The notes beneath the pieces are model-generated. The model had not been told where the DNA came from and did no database searches. It worked only from the letters and a program-made list of their open reading frames with translations. The position numbers were made by a program, and so were the translations under genes. Positions 1-11,257 of a stretch of DNA of 64,000 bases are shown piece by piece. Where the stretch lies: assembly GCF_009834535.1 (NCBI RefSeq), contig NC_045697.1:99636001-99700000 (forward strand). Direction: 5' to 3'. Source of the stretch: Camelus ferus (taxonomy: Eukaryota). The stretch's first letter is position 1. Each line of letters begins with the position of its first letter.

Positions 1-639
1 CCCACACAGCTCCAGAAAGCCCAGATGTGGAAATTACCCCCATTTTCTGGCTGTGATGTTTATTAACAAGTTCTTGCCAGCTTTTACTCATATCTGAACT
101 GACATTTCATCTTGTCCCTTTTTCCGGAAGTACATCCTCACTGACCACTTTCTGCCCCATTCTCTTATGCTCCTTCTTGAGGCCACTTTCCATTTCCAAA
201 TCTCTGAGAGACTTCTTCCTCCTCATCTCTATCAGACATCTAGTTTTTGACTGAGGGTTAGGATAAGACACAATCTGTATAATTACACTGTCCTTACCTG
301 AGGTATTGGCTCTTTTCTCCGGAATAGAAGGCCAGTGCCATGCAAACCTGTCTCTCATTTGATCTCATTACTTCAAGTTCCTTATTTTCAGACTTGGTCA
401 GACACTCATTCATTGTAGAAGCAGAACTCACTTAGATGATGTGGGAGTTGGAGCACAGCCTTCCCTTAAGGACTTCTGCTTTCTCTTCTTCTTCTGAGCT
501 ATTCAGTAAACCCCAAGAATAGCTTGCATTTTCCTCTTTTAGGAAACAAGTCCAATGTGGAAGCTAGAGTTCAGGTTCAGTTTTTTGAAATGATGGCACA
601 TCCTATGTGCTGACCATTTCCTCCTAATCATAATTCTCC

Positions 640-707
640 TATCCACCAATCTGTCTATGCATCCATCTATCCGTCCATCCATCTACCCATTCATCCATCC
701 ATCTGTC
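640..707. repeat. Degenerate (TCCA)n simple repeat
   Basis: atccatctatccgtccatccatctacccattcatccatccatc. Confidence 0.85.
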
Positions 708-1079
708 ATTTTCTATGGTTTTTTGCTAATTACTTCCTTACATCTGACCCAGCGTACCTTCACTGAAGGGCAGATATGCCCAGATATGACCGATCACTGA
801 TACAATAGCCTGGTTTTTGCCAGACTCTTGGTTTGCTCTCAACAAGTGGAAAGGGACACCTCTTGGTAACAGCTCACATTAGAATGCAGTAGAGAAATAC
901 CTGGAGATGCACACAGACAGGGGTATGACTGTAGCTGATATAAGTCCATGGAAAAATGCACTGGCAAGGCTCAGACACAGAGGAAACATCTTTGTCTACA
1001 AAAGGATAACCAGTGATCATACTTAGACAATGAAAAAGTTTGCCCATTTTGATTCCCTTCATTTATGTAGCCCCATCTT

Positions 1080-1812
1080 CCATTGGTCACTGAGTTCTCT
1101 CATCCTCCCTTACTTCACAATATCTCTCAAGATCACTTCTTTTTTTCATTCCTGCCATACTCCCATCTTGGTTAAAGCTGTCTCACCCGATGTTTGGTCC
1201 ACCAGTTAGAACACTGGTCTATCTACGTCACATCTTTTCTCTTCACATCATCCTAAAACTGCCATCAGATTAATCTTGCAAATTAATACTTTCTCCAAAC
1301 TGTTTGACCCCTACATCCTCCAATTTCCTCACAATTCCCTTGGCATGGCATTAGGAACCCCCACACACCACCCCCAACAAAGCCAGTCTCCAACTTACTC
1401 ATCTATTTCCCACTGTTGTTAAACCTCCACCCCATCAAATGGTTTTACCCCTTCTCGTTTAAAATGTGCTCATGCCATCTAAGTCCTGGAAACACCCTTC
1501 CCTTTTCCTTCCTGCCTTTCCAAATCTTCCCCCATTTGTAGAGACCAGGCTCAAATGCACTGCCACCCTGAAACGACTGCTTTCCTTAGAACCTCCTGAG
1601 GTGTTATGAGTTACGTGATTAATTTCACAGACTCAACAGACACTGTCTCGCATATCTAGTGTTTTGAGTTGCTCCCTAACTTTCATATGCTTACCTCTAC
1701 TCTCATGCCCTGGTGAGTTCCTTACAGAAGATTGATTCATATTCAAAGTTTCTTCCAAAGTATCTTGCCCAGCCTTGCACTAAGCAGTCATTGAAGAAGA
1801 TTGGGTTGAATT
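1080..1812 (+). mobile_element. Highly decayed L2 LINE 3' region
   Basis: Pyrimidine-rich L2-like blocks (aaaactgccatcagattaatctt; ccaggctcaaatgc) and a tail resembling the L2 end. Boundaries approximate. Confidence 0.55.
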
Positions 1813-2164
1813 AACAGAAGAAAATGCAGCTGAAAAATGAAAACAAACCAGTCAAGCCATTTTCATCACTGACACAGAAATGACAGATCCAGAGTTTTGT
1901 TCCCGTGCATGTTAAATTTGGGGGGCCGATAGAGAATGTGTTTTTCATAGTATCACATATCCAGGAAGACTCTTGTGCGGCCACTTTGTCCATTTCCTGG
2001 CTCTAAGCCATCTAGGGCCAAAAGAGATCTATCACATGCTTAAAGAACCCAGAGATAGAATTCCTTGGCTCTTTTGGATAATTGTGTTTCAGAGTTGCAT
2101 CAACTCTCCCCATGACCCCGTGACAGCTCTCTCACTGGTCACTCTAGGTCAATGTCCTGAAATT

Positions 2165-2378
2165 TTAGTTTACTTTGGCAACTCCTACAGTGCGTGTCTA
2201 AAATGTACATTCCCAAAGAATGACATTCAGTCATTCTGGGATGGGGGCACATGAATCTGAAATACATATTATTTATATATACTGTATGTAAATATAATTA
2301 TTTATATATAAATAATATACATGTATATGTACTATATCACAGGTAATTCTAATACAAGTGGTCTGGAAAACATACTGT
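2165..2378. mobile_element. MER5-family hAT-Charlie MITE remnant with internal AT-rich microsatellite
   Basis: attcagtcattctgggatggggg...atctg and acaggtaattctaatacaagtggtctggaaaacatactgtgag resemble MER5B. Confidence 0.6.
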
Positions 2379-3107
2379 GAGAGGAAAAAAATCTGCTCTG
2401 ATTTAATATTTTTAAAAAAGTTTTAGTTCAGGCATATTGATTCTACCACAATTTTTGTGAATATTAACACACAGCTGATTAATAATTTTCCTTAGTAATT
2501 ATATGTCCTTACATGAGCATTTTAAACCTCATCTTTATTAAGCTCTAAGAAACATTTCATCTTCCACGTGTATTTACTGCACACCAATGTGACAGGCATC
2601 AGAGTTATAAAGATGAATAAATAATAAGGTAGATAGATCCTCATTCTCAGGGAGCTCATAGTAGAGTGGGGAAAGTGAACATCTATGACGATGACAGTGC
2701 TGACCTGTCACCTGTCACTGGTTTGTTGACATTATGTTCGTTTGTGGCAGTCCAGCAGGGGCAGGGACTTGGGGTCCATGGCCCACGACACTAGGTAGAA
2801 AGTGGGTATAACATGTCCCCTTGCTCTGGCTCCTGACTTTGTGACTTCAGAGATAATGAGAAGAAAATGCCATCACCCCACCACTCCAACAGCTTTGCAA
2901 AAGAGATGAGCATTAGTCAGTCAGTCAATCCTGCCTTACTGAACATTTGGAATGACTAGTATTGGGTAAGCATGTCTAGAAGAACGTCCTCCCTTCCCCC
3001 TGCCCTAGACTTTGCCATAACAGTGCCATCGTCCTTCCCTGTTTGTCTAGGTTCCTTTGATTTCACTGACACCAACTATAAAGGCTGAATACCATCTCCA
3101 CTTGTGA

Positions 3108-3545
3108 AATAAACATTGAGTACCCCATGTGCAAGGCACTTATTAAATGATGGGATGAATATAAAGATGAATCAGGTTCAGATCCTACTTTTAAGGAAGT
3201 GACATCCAGTACAGAGATACATCATGTACAGGAATAACTTGTCACAAAGTCAAATATGTCACATAGTAAACATACTATGGGGTTACTTCCAGCCAGGACT
3301 GGGACCAAGGGGGCTGGAAGCATGGGAGGGGTGAGGAGTGAGAAGGTTGTGTCTAGGGGAGACAAGTTCAAGTGTAGATGTGTCGAATTGTGGATGTTAA
3401 GGGACATCCTGCTGAAGATGGCCAGTGAGTAGTTAGAAAGTGTGTGACCAGAGCTTGGAAAGCAGTAAAGACAAGAGACAGTAGTGGCCTATGAAGCTAC
3501 GAGACTAGGTTTTATTGTCAAAGGAGTCTAGCCGACAGGAAAAGG
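3108..3545 (-). mobile_element. L2 LINE fragment
   Basis: aaacattgagtaccccatgtgcaaggcact (L2 tail, antisense); gagacaagttcaagtgtagatgtgtcgaattg...gggacatcc. Confidence 0.6.
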
Positions 3546-4357
3546 GAAACTGAAACATGAGAGATGACTCAGACATACCAGATTTTCTTACTTGGCAGCA
3601 CTGTAATTACTGGGAGATGGAACTTAAAGACGAACTAAAATATTTTATTTACTAATATAACTAACAAAATGTATTTTATTTTTTCCCTTTGCTTTTCTTG
3701 GATGACGAGCTTAAAATATCCCCGTGTAGCCTGACCAATATCTCTGCTAGATTGTGACAGAGAGAGGCTTTCTAGTATCCACTGAATCCCTCTGTGTTTG
3801 TTTCATTCAGGAGGAAATAGAAGAGGGGAGAAACAGAAGAAAAAGAAGATGAGAAAGGGAACAGGGTCGCTTTCTCATGGTGCCTCTATTTGTCGATACT
3901 GAGGAAAACATGTCTTCTGACTGTGACTTGACTGGAATGATATGCTGTTTAGCAGGCTGGGTTTACTGTTAGGGTCTCAGATGGCTCCATGTTGAAGACC
4001 CCCTTCTCTTTGGCCATAATCTCCAAAACTGCCCCTTAGTCCTCATGTGCTTTGCTTTCTCTCTTTTCTTGTCTTTTTATATCTTTCTCTCTCTTCATTT
4101 CTGATCGAGTTTTTTGGGCTCAATGATTTGAGCTGCTTGCATAGGAGCAGAGAAAGTGGGGAAGAAGAAATAGCTGTAAGAGAATAACATCAAATGTTGA
4201 TTAAAAAATTCCCTTAGAGTAACTGTTTGAGGCACAGGCAAATGAAAGTCATGTGCGTAATCCTGTTCCAATGCATTTGTGTCCCTGGAAAAGATGACAT
4301 ACAGATGGATGCTGTCCTTGGAGGAGGTCCTATTGGAGATCCTTGCCAAAGTAACTA

Positions 4358-4701
4358 CAGTTAATTGAAACTTGAACGTGGGGGTTAGGGGCAATGATGC
4401 CTGCACCATAGAAGAATCCCAGTATAACATCTGACTCCCTCCAAACATAACTACTAATAGCCTGTTGACTGATAGCCTTACTGATAACATAAACTGTCAA
4501 GTAACACATATTTTGTATGTTATATGCATTATACACTACATTCTTACAAAAGTAAGCTAAAGAAAGAAATGTGATTAAGAAAATCATAGGAAGAGAAAAT
4601 ATATTTACACATGCATATATATAGAGAGAGAGAGAGAAGAGAGAAATCCACGTATAAATGGACTTGCACAGTTCAAGCCTGTGTTGTTCAAGGGTCAACT
4701 G
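4358..4701. mobile_element. Tigger2-derived MITE (Tigger2a-like, TcMar-Tigger)
   Basis: TA at 4356-4357 and 4702-4703; right TIR gtgttgttcaagggtcaactg; decayed left TIR cagttaattgaaacttgaac; internal Tigger2 text (aactactaatagcct...aacacatattttgtatgttatatg). Confidence 0.9.
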
Positions 4702-5454
4702 TAGTAGATTTTCAAAGACCTAGCGACTTATTATTACTTACTTGACATCAAGTTCCCTGGAGGAAAATGAGATCTTGTCTTCTGCAACTTAATTTTGGAC
4801 CATCAGTGTTGGAGAGCCTACAACCCACCTGCCAGGAGGCCAGCGAGAATGTACTAATGCCCTCTGTGTTCCAGAGCTGCTCTCAGAGACGCTCGCTGAG
4901 CCGCCTGGGGCGGGGGCGTTGAGCTAATTGTCTGCCCCACTGGGGAAGTGGCCCTTGTTTGAGTGTCCCGGGGAGTAAAAGCAGGTTATGCTCTCTATAC
5001 CTTATACATCTGACAGCAAATGGAAGAGCTCCGTGAGGTGAGGAGCGGTGAGGAGAAAATTAACGAGGCTCAAGTGGGATCACTGGAAAAGCAGAGGAAA
5101 GGCAGTAAATTATGCCTCTTTTACTTGGGTTAGTTATCATATGGCAAGAGTGGATGAAATAGGTCACGACCCAGGGCTGAAAAGCAAGATCAGAAGGGAC
5201 CCAGGGGGTGAGCTAAGGACTGAGGGACTTCCCAGGGCCAGCCGAGATGGTGCTGCCAGAGGGTCACGCTTAGAAAGAGAAACAGGACAGAGTAAGTACA
5301 CAGTTTTCTGTGATTATCTGGAGATCTTTCTCATGTTATCAGAGCCTAGACCTGTCAGTAGGGAATAGGTTGAGGGAAAATAAGTCTTATAAATGGAGAC
5401 GCAAATGAAGAAAGGAAGTGGTAATGCTTCCTATGGGTTCTGGACTGTTTATGT

Positions 5455-6368
5455 GTAACTGCCACTCTGACCATCTTGCTGTTCTGTGACCTTGGGAGGT
5501 TACTTAGCCTCTTTGTGTCTCAGTTTCCTCACGACTGATAAGGAAACAATAAGTGTACTAATAATTTAATATATAAAATAATAAATGCTTGAAAGGGAGT
5601 GGAGAAAGAAGAACCCACCTACACTGTTTGTGGGAATGTAAATTGGTGCAGCCACTATGGAGAACAATAGGGAGGTTCCTTAAAAAACTAAAAATAGAGT
5701 TACAATATAATCCATCAATTCCAGTCGTGGGTATATATCCAGAGAAAGTGCTAATTCAAAAAGATACATGCACCCCAATGTTCACAGCAGCACTATTTAC
5801 AATAGCTAAGACATGGATGTAACCTAAATGTCTGTCAACAGATGAATGGATAAAGATGTGGTATGTGTACACAATGGAATACTACTCAGCCATAAAAAAG
5901 AATGAAATAATGCCATTTATGGCAACATGGATGGCCCTAGAGATTATCATACTAAGTGCAGTAAGTCAAAGAAAGACAAATGTCGTATGATATCATTCAT
6001 ATGTGAAATCTAAAAAAAAATGATACAAATGAACTTATTTACGAAACAGAAATAGATTCACAGCCATAGAAAACAAACATGATTACCAAAGGGGAAAGAG
6101 GGGCAGGGATAAATTAGGAGTTTGGGATTAGCAGATACAAACTACTATATATAAAATAGATAAAGAAGGTCCTCCTGCAAATGTGTTCAATATCTTGTAA
6201 CAAACTATAAAGGAAAAGAATCTAAAAAGAATATATATATATATATATATCACTTTGCTGTACACCAGAAACTAACACAACATTGCAAATGAACTATACT
6301 TAAAAAAAAAAAAGCTCTTAGAATTGTTCCTAGAACTTAGAAAACACTCACAAAGGCTAGCTGATTAG
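5455..6368 (+). mobile_element. MIR SINE split by an L1 insertion (MIR parts ~5455-5578 and ~6313-6368)
   Basis: Core tgtgaccttgggaggttacttagcctctttgtgtctcagtttcctc, resuming after the L1 poly-A as aagctcttagaattgttcctagaacttag. Confidence 0.75.
5579..6313 (+). mobile_element. 5'-truncated lineage-specific L1 (ORF2 C-terminus, 3'UTR, poly-A)
   Basis: ORF 5589-5822 [27 protein letters not shown]...CTPMFTAALFTIAKTW matches the L1 ORF2 Cys-rich C-terminus; A-tail 6302-6313. Confidence 0.97.
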
Positions 6369-6374
6369 CACGTC

Positions 6375-7085
6375 AGAATAAATTTTTCAATGCCCTTGAG
6401 GGCATTTTGGAAATTTGGGAAGACTTTTAAAATTGTTACAAAAATAGGGGGTATTACTACTGTTTAGTGGGTGGAAGTCAACAAGATTCTCCTATATCCC
6501 TCATGCATTTTGAGTGATCTACAGGATATCTCCATAGGTGAAAAATCTGACTGGTATTACAGGAACTTAAAACCTATTAAAAAAAAATTCAACTGAATAT
6601 ATTTCAAAGATCTTACTGACTTTATTCAATAATTCATGAATCAGGCAGCATCCGATCTAGCAGACAGAAAGGAGCTGGGAGGAGCTATACAGAGTGAAAG
6701 ATTTGTACAGGGAGAAGGCAGCATGAACAAGGAAATTATACTAGCAAAGAACGACTGTTTGTGGCAAGGTCATCTTTCTTTAGGGGAAGACAGGGTCTAT
6801 CAGGCAGATTACCTCACTAGCGTTAACCAGGTAATTCCAGATTGACTGGTTTAAGATTCCATTCCTAGAAAAGGCTGAAACTGTAATTAAATTAGATAAT
6901 AAGTCTTGGTTTGGTGGTGTGCGGCTTAGCACAAGTGACTCTATTTGGGGCCTGTTGCCTTTTTTTTTTTTTTTAACAAACCTAATGTAGTTTTAAAAGT
7001 TTACATGAGTCACTTTTGCATTGCTTTAATACACATTGAATTTTACACAATCATATAAATTAAGATGATTGTACTCTGCTTCAGT
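6375..7085. mobile_element. MER20B-like hAT-Charlie element interrupted by a solo LTR
   Basis: gggcattttggaaatttggg...tttagtgggtgg...taggtgaaaaatct, continuing after the LTR as cctaat...ttttgcattgctttaatacacattgaatttt. Confidence 0.7.
6575..6978 (-). mobile_element. ERV1-type solo LTR
   Basis: Termini TATT (decayed TGTT)...TTAACA; 4-bp TSD AACC at 6571-6574 and 6979-6982; AATAAA on minus strand near 6621. Confidence 0.85.
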
Positions 7086-7344
7086 TTCTTTCTATTGCTA
7101 TATGACAGTAAGTTAATGATGAAGATGTTAGAGTCTAGTCTGGCAAAATCAAGAAACAATAAAGAACCATTAAATCGTAATCCATGATTAAGATATATGA
7201 AGAGATGTACTGTTTCCCAAAGATTAAGTCTTCCTGTCTCTAGGAATTATAAGAAAATAAAAAGGAAGTGAGGGAGGGAGAGGTAAAAGGAGGGTGAAAA
7301 TCTCTGAGAAAAACTATTAATTAAGATTGAGGAGATCTCTAAAG

Positions 7345-7453
7345 CTTCTGCTGGGTGCTAGTTGTACTTTCAAAGTCGGCCACAACAATATTTCCCATCC
7401 CACAAGCTCTTCCGCAAAGAAGTGGGGTCTAACCCTATTGCCCTTTGAATCAG
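7345..7453 (+). mobile_element. MLT1 (MaLR) LTR 5' fragment
   Basis: ttcaaagtcggccacaacaatatttcccatcccacaagctctt...gaagtggggtct...ctttgaatc. Confidence 0.6.
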
Positions 7454-7899
7454 ACCCATCATGAGAGCAAAATGTCACCTTCCGCTGGAGAACAGAAAAA
7501 GCAAGAATATTTCCACAGTGAGAAAGAGAATTATTTGATACCAGCCCCAGGCTGTATCCACTCGAACTGGGGCTCACCCTACAAAAATGGATCATTGACA
7601 AAGGCAAATTAGTAAAGATGCTGGAGAGACAGTGAGAGTAGGTGAGCTAGAAGACAGCAGAGATGGAGGCAGGAAGAAGAGACCCTGGCTGGGAGGCTGG
7701 AGAAGCAGGTTGACCAAAGCTGGAGATGTGACTGGGGTGGAGCCTTAAAGAGAAAGGCTATTATTGGTTACATCAGTGCAGTCAGCATAAATGTCATTGG
7801 TTGAGACCTTTGAGCAGCTGACATTGACCTTGGGCTGGAGGATAGATGTGTGCAAAGTCTTGACTGAGTGAGAATAGCCTCCCATGTTTACTGCAGTGC

Positions 7900-8359
7900 A
7901 CATCCTGGCTGCTTTCCCAGGGTCTGTTTCTTGCCCTTTCCCTACCCTTTTCTGAATCAAAGAGTCTGACCCTTGTAGGTTGCTTTACTGAGATTGGAGG
8001 ATGGGAAGCACCGACAGGTGAATGGAGGGTGGGGTAGGGAGGGAGAAGCAGGTACTTCCTTTCCTCCATCGCTGCAGCTGTGAAACCTCCCTGGCTCCAG
8101 TTGTTGCTGGGCAGGTCCACTGTGGTTCCAGCCCTGCACCTGATGACAAGGCCCTCTGAGCTCTGGAACCCTCTCCCTTCTGCTTTCTGCCCTGAGGCAG
8201 TGTCAGCTTCCTATCTTTGCGATTCCTAGATTCCTCACTGCCCTTTCCCTGTCTAGACTCTGGGCTCTTCCATCCCTCGTGTAATCAATCCCTGCATCCA
8301 AGACTTTCTGTTTCAAATTCTCTGGTGGTTTCTGTTTTCTGGTTAGATTCTGACTGACA
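7900..8359 (+). mobile_element. LTR33-like ERVL LTR
   Basis: 3' end tgtaatcaatccctgcat...tggtttctgttttctggttagattctgactgaca. Confidence 0.7.
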
Positions 8360-9609
8360 CGCTGCTCTGTACTTGGGAGCTGGTCTGCTCTGATTTGGGG
8401 GAGAGCTGCTAAGGACTAGCATGGGAACACCTTGCTGGGAGAGATTTACTGCAAAGCACAAGGTCTTCAGGACAGCTGGGTGTGTGCTGGCCTATCCCAT
8501 CCCCTCCAGAACCAGAGCAGCTGTTGCCTTAAGGAAGGGACTTAAATAGAGGAAGAAAGCAGAGGGGTCACTAGCTAAAGAATTCACTGAACAGTGCAAC
8601 CAAGGACACCAGAGGGAGGATACAGCTTATGTCAGCTTCGTTTAGAAATAATCAAGGTGGGGGCTCATGGGTCACTGAGTTATCATGGCACTCTTGGTCC
8701 CGGGTAATGTTTTTACCCTGTATCTGGTTTCAAATAGAATAGAGAATAATGTTGAGTGCCTCTAATTTAATATTCTGATATTTCCACCTCATCAGATTCC
8801 CACTAGGACAAATATATACAAAGTGAATCATAATTTTTCTCCTCTTACCCCAGACAAGCCACTTGGGCCCCAGCTAAGAATTGTTGACAAAAGTGATGAA
8901 AACAAAACAAAGCATACATTATAATGTCATTTAAAAAAATAAAAGATTTCCATGAGATCCTTTTTTGTACTGGAAGAGCACAAGCTGCACTTTTAAATGA
9001 CTTTCTGTTTTCCCTTTTGGAGAATCAGAGAGAGTAACGCAACCAAAATAACCCTTGGCTGCCGCCGAGGTCATCACTGAGCTCCTGCTGATGTGTTGCG
9101 TCGGTCAGAGAGCCGGATCTCAGGGAGCCCAGCCCTGGAGACATGAGAGGGGGCGTCATTCAGACTTTTGGTGCTTAAGGTCAGAGACAACAGGAACAAC
9201 GATCATGTTTGAATCGGCTGAATAGGACCCCATCATCTCGCTGCAGACGGGACAGGTGCATACCTGTATCACAGGCACTGGAGGCTACAATGGGAAAGAG
9301 AAATACCATCTGGGACTGTGTCCTTGGGGGATGTGCTTTGTCTTACTGTGTAATGAACCTGCAACAGGGAAGGGCGTTTCTCTGCGGCTTTTACTGCACT
9401 GGGCAATTCTGACAGGTATATGGACACTTACTCCCCCTCATAGTCATAAGATGAAGACAGGAGTGGGCAAGCTGCCTGGCTTGCAATGATATATTTGGGG
9501 AGAGGGTTTAACAGCAAAAGTTCACAACAGAGAATAACAGTAAAATTAGAAAGTCCCAGGGTCATTTGTTTATTTGATCTCCCTTCACTAGAAACAGGGC
9601 TGCAACCAA

Positions 9610-10103
9610 ATGTGGGATCCTTATTGCCTACCCTTGAGTTGGGGGGGGGGTGCTGGCGCTTGTAAGTGCTTTGACTAATAGAGTACAGCAGAAGTGACGA
9701 AATGGGACTTCTGGCACAGGGTTATAAAAGGCTGTGCAGCTTTCACCCCATTAGCTAGAACACTCTTACTTAGAGCCTTGAGATGCCATGTAAGGAGTCT
9801 GATTACCCTGAGGCGGCTACATGGAAAAATCACATAAAGGAGCTCTAGGTGACAGTTCCAGAGGCTGTGTCTAGCCTGCAAGCTGTCCCAGCAAGGTATC
9901 AGATATGCAAATGAATCATCCCATTGGCCAGGACAATATCTTTGAGTGGCTTCCATCAATGCTCCATGAAACAGAAGATGAGCCAGCAAAGCTCTACCAA
10001 AATCTGTGACCCACAAAATCATGGGATATAATAAAATGGCTGTTATTTTAAGCCACTAAATGTTGGGGTCTTTTGTTAGGCAGCAATAACTAACTCGGAG
10101 ATA
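9610..10103 (+). mobile_element. MLT1H-like MaLR LTR
   Basis: tgctttgactaatagagtacagcagaagtgac...gacccacaaaatcatgggatataataaaatggctgttattttaagccactaaatgttgggg...gcagcaata. Confidence 0.88.
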
Positions 10104-10335
10104 TTCCTCAATAGACAAGTCTTTAAATCTACTCCCAAAGGTACCTGAGTAAGTAGAGTTTACCACACAGTCATGTTTCAACGTCAAAGAGCCATCAGCA
10201 TCTTCTGCTGAGTGCCTACTGCAAACCCCAGTGATGTGCGGGATATAAGGTATAAGGTTCAGTCTCTGACCTTAAGGATCTGATAAAATAATAATTATGG
10301 GATATCATTTATTGAATGATTGCTATGAATTAGGT

Positions 10336-10508
10336 TAATGACTCTCAAAGTTGGTGCTGAAACAGCAGTGTCAGCTTCACCTTGGAGTTTGTTAGAAATG
10401 CAAATTACTTACTGAATTAGAAACTCTGGGGGTGGGCCCAGCAATATGTATTTTAATGAGCCCAACAGGTAATTAATTCTAAGGCATGCTGCAGTCTGGG
10501 AGTCGCTG
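10336..10508. mobile_element. MER5A hAT-Charlie MITE
   Basis: cagcagtgtcagcttcaccttggagtttgttagaaatgcaaatt...actgaattagaaactctgggggtgggcccagcaat. Confidence 0.9.
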
Positions 10509-10555
10509 TAGTAAGCACTTTACTTACTTTACCTCATTGAATCCTTATTGTAACC

Positions 10556-10746
10556 CTGGGTTTCTTGATTGACATTTTGGGAGAGAGAATTCTTGCTGTG
10601 GGGACTGTCCTGTGCACTGCATCCCTGGCCTCTACCCACTAGATGCCAGTAGCACCTCTTTCCCTAGTTGTGACAACTAAAAATGTCAACAGACATTGCT
10701 GAATGTTACCCAGGGATTAAAGATCACCTCCTGTTGAGAACTACTA
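10556..10746. mobile_element. MER20 hAT-Charlie MITE
   Basis: gcatccctggcctctacccactagatgccagtagcac...gttgtgacaactaaaaatgtcaacagacattg...gttgagaactact. Confidence 0.92.
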
Positions 10747-10765
10747 CCTTAACCCTATGAGGTAG

Positions 10766-11257
10766 TGTTTTTAAATGTACCCAGGTTGGTTTTAGTTATG
10801 TATGGGAAGACATGCAGACATGGAAATGATTGCCATCAAGGAAGAAGATTTTAGAAACAGAGGTTGGCATGCCATTTGGGGAAGCACTGGGGTCAGCCAG
10901 GAGGCAGAGGGAGCAGGGGAAATCGTGGGCAAGAGCATTTATTGTGGCTTCTGTGGGAAAGTATGGGCAAAGCAGGGTAAACAAACATACGATTGGCTGG
11001 TTTGAATAATTTTAGTGGGGCCTGGGGTCTGTATCTAGCTGCCCTGGCGTAATCAGGGCAGGGGACTCATGGTCCAAATAAAGGAGGCGGTTGGAGGTAA
11101 GGGGTGTGGACTGGTCGGTCTGCATATGAAAGGTGTATTTGCAGGCTAGTCCCTTACCAATCCTAGGAATTGGCTAGCCCTGGGAGGGACAGTGTCTCCA
11201 GAGTCAGCAAGGCCCCAGATGCCAAAGCATCAAAAAAAAAAAAAAATGCTTAATACA
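10766..11257 (-). mobile_element. ERVL solo LTR (MER74-like)
   Basis: TG...CA termini; 5-bp TSD GGTAG (10761-10765) / GGTGG (11258-11262); minus strand begins tgtattaagc...tgatgctttggcatctggggccttgctgac. Confidence 0.85.

Noticed and set aside
4095..4698. 131-aa and 122-aa ORFs
   Set aside because: Largely overlap the non-coding Tigger2 MITE
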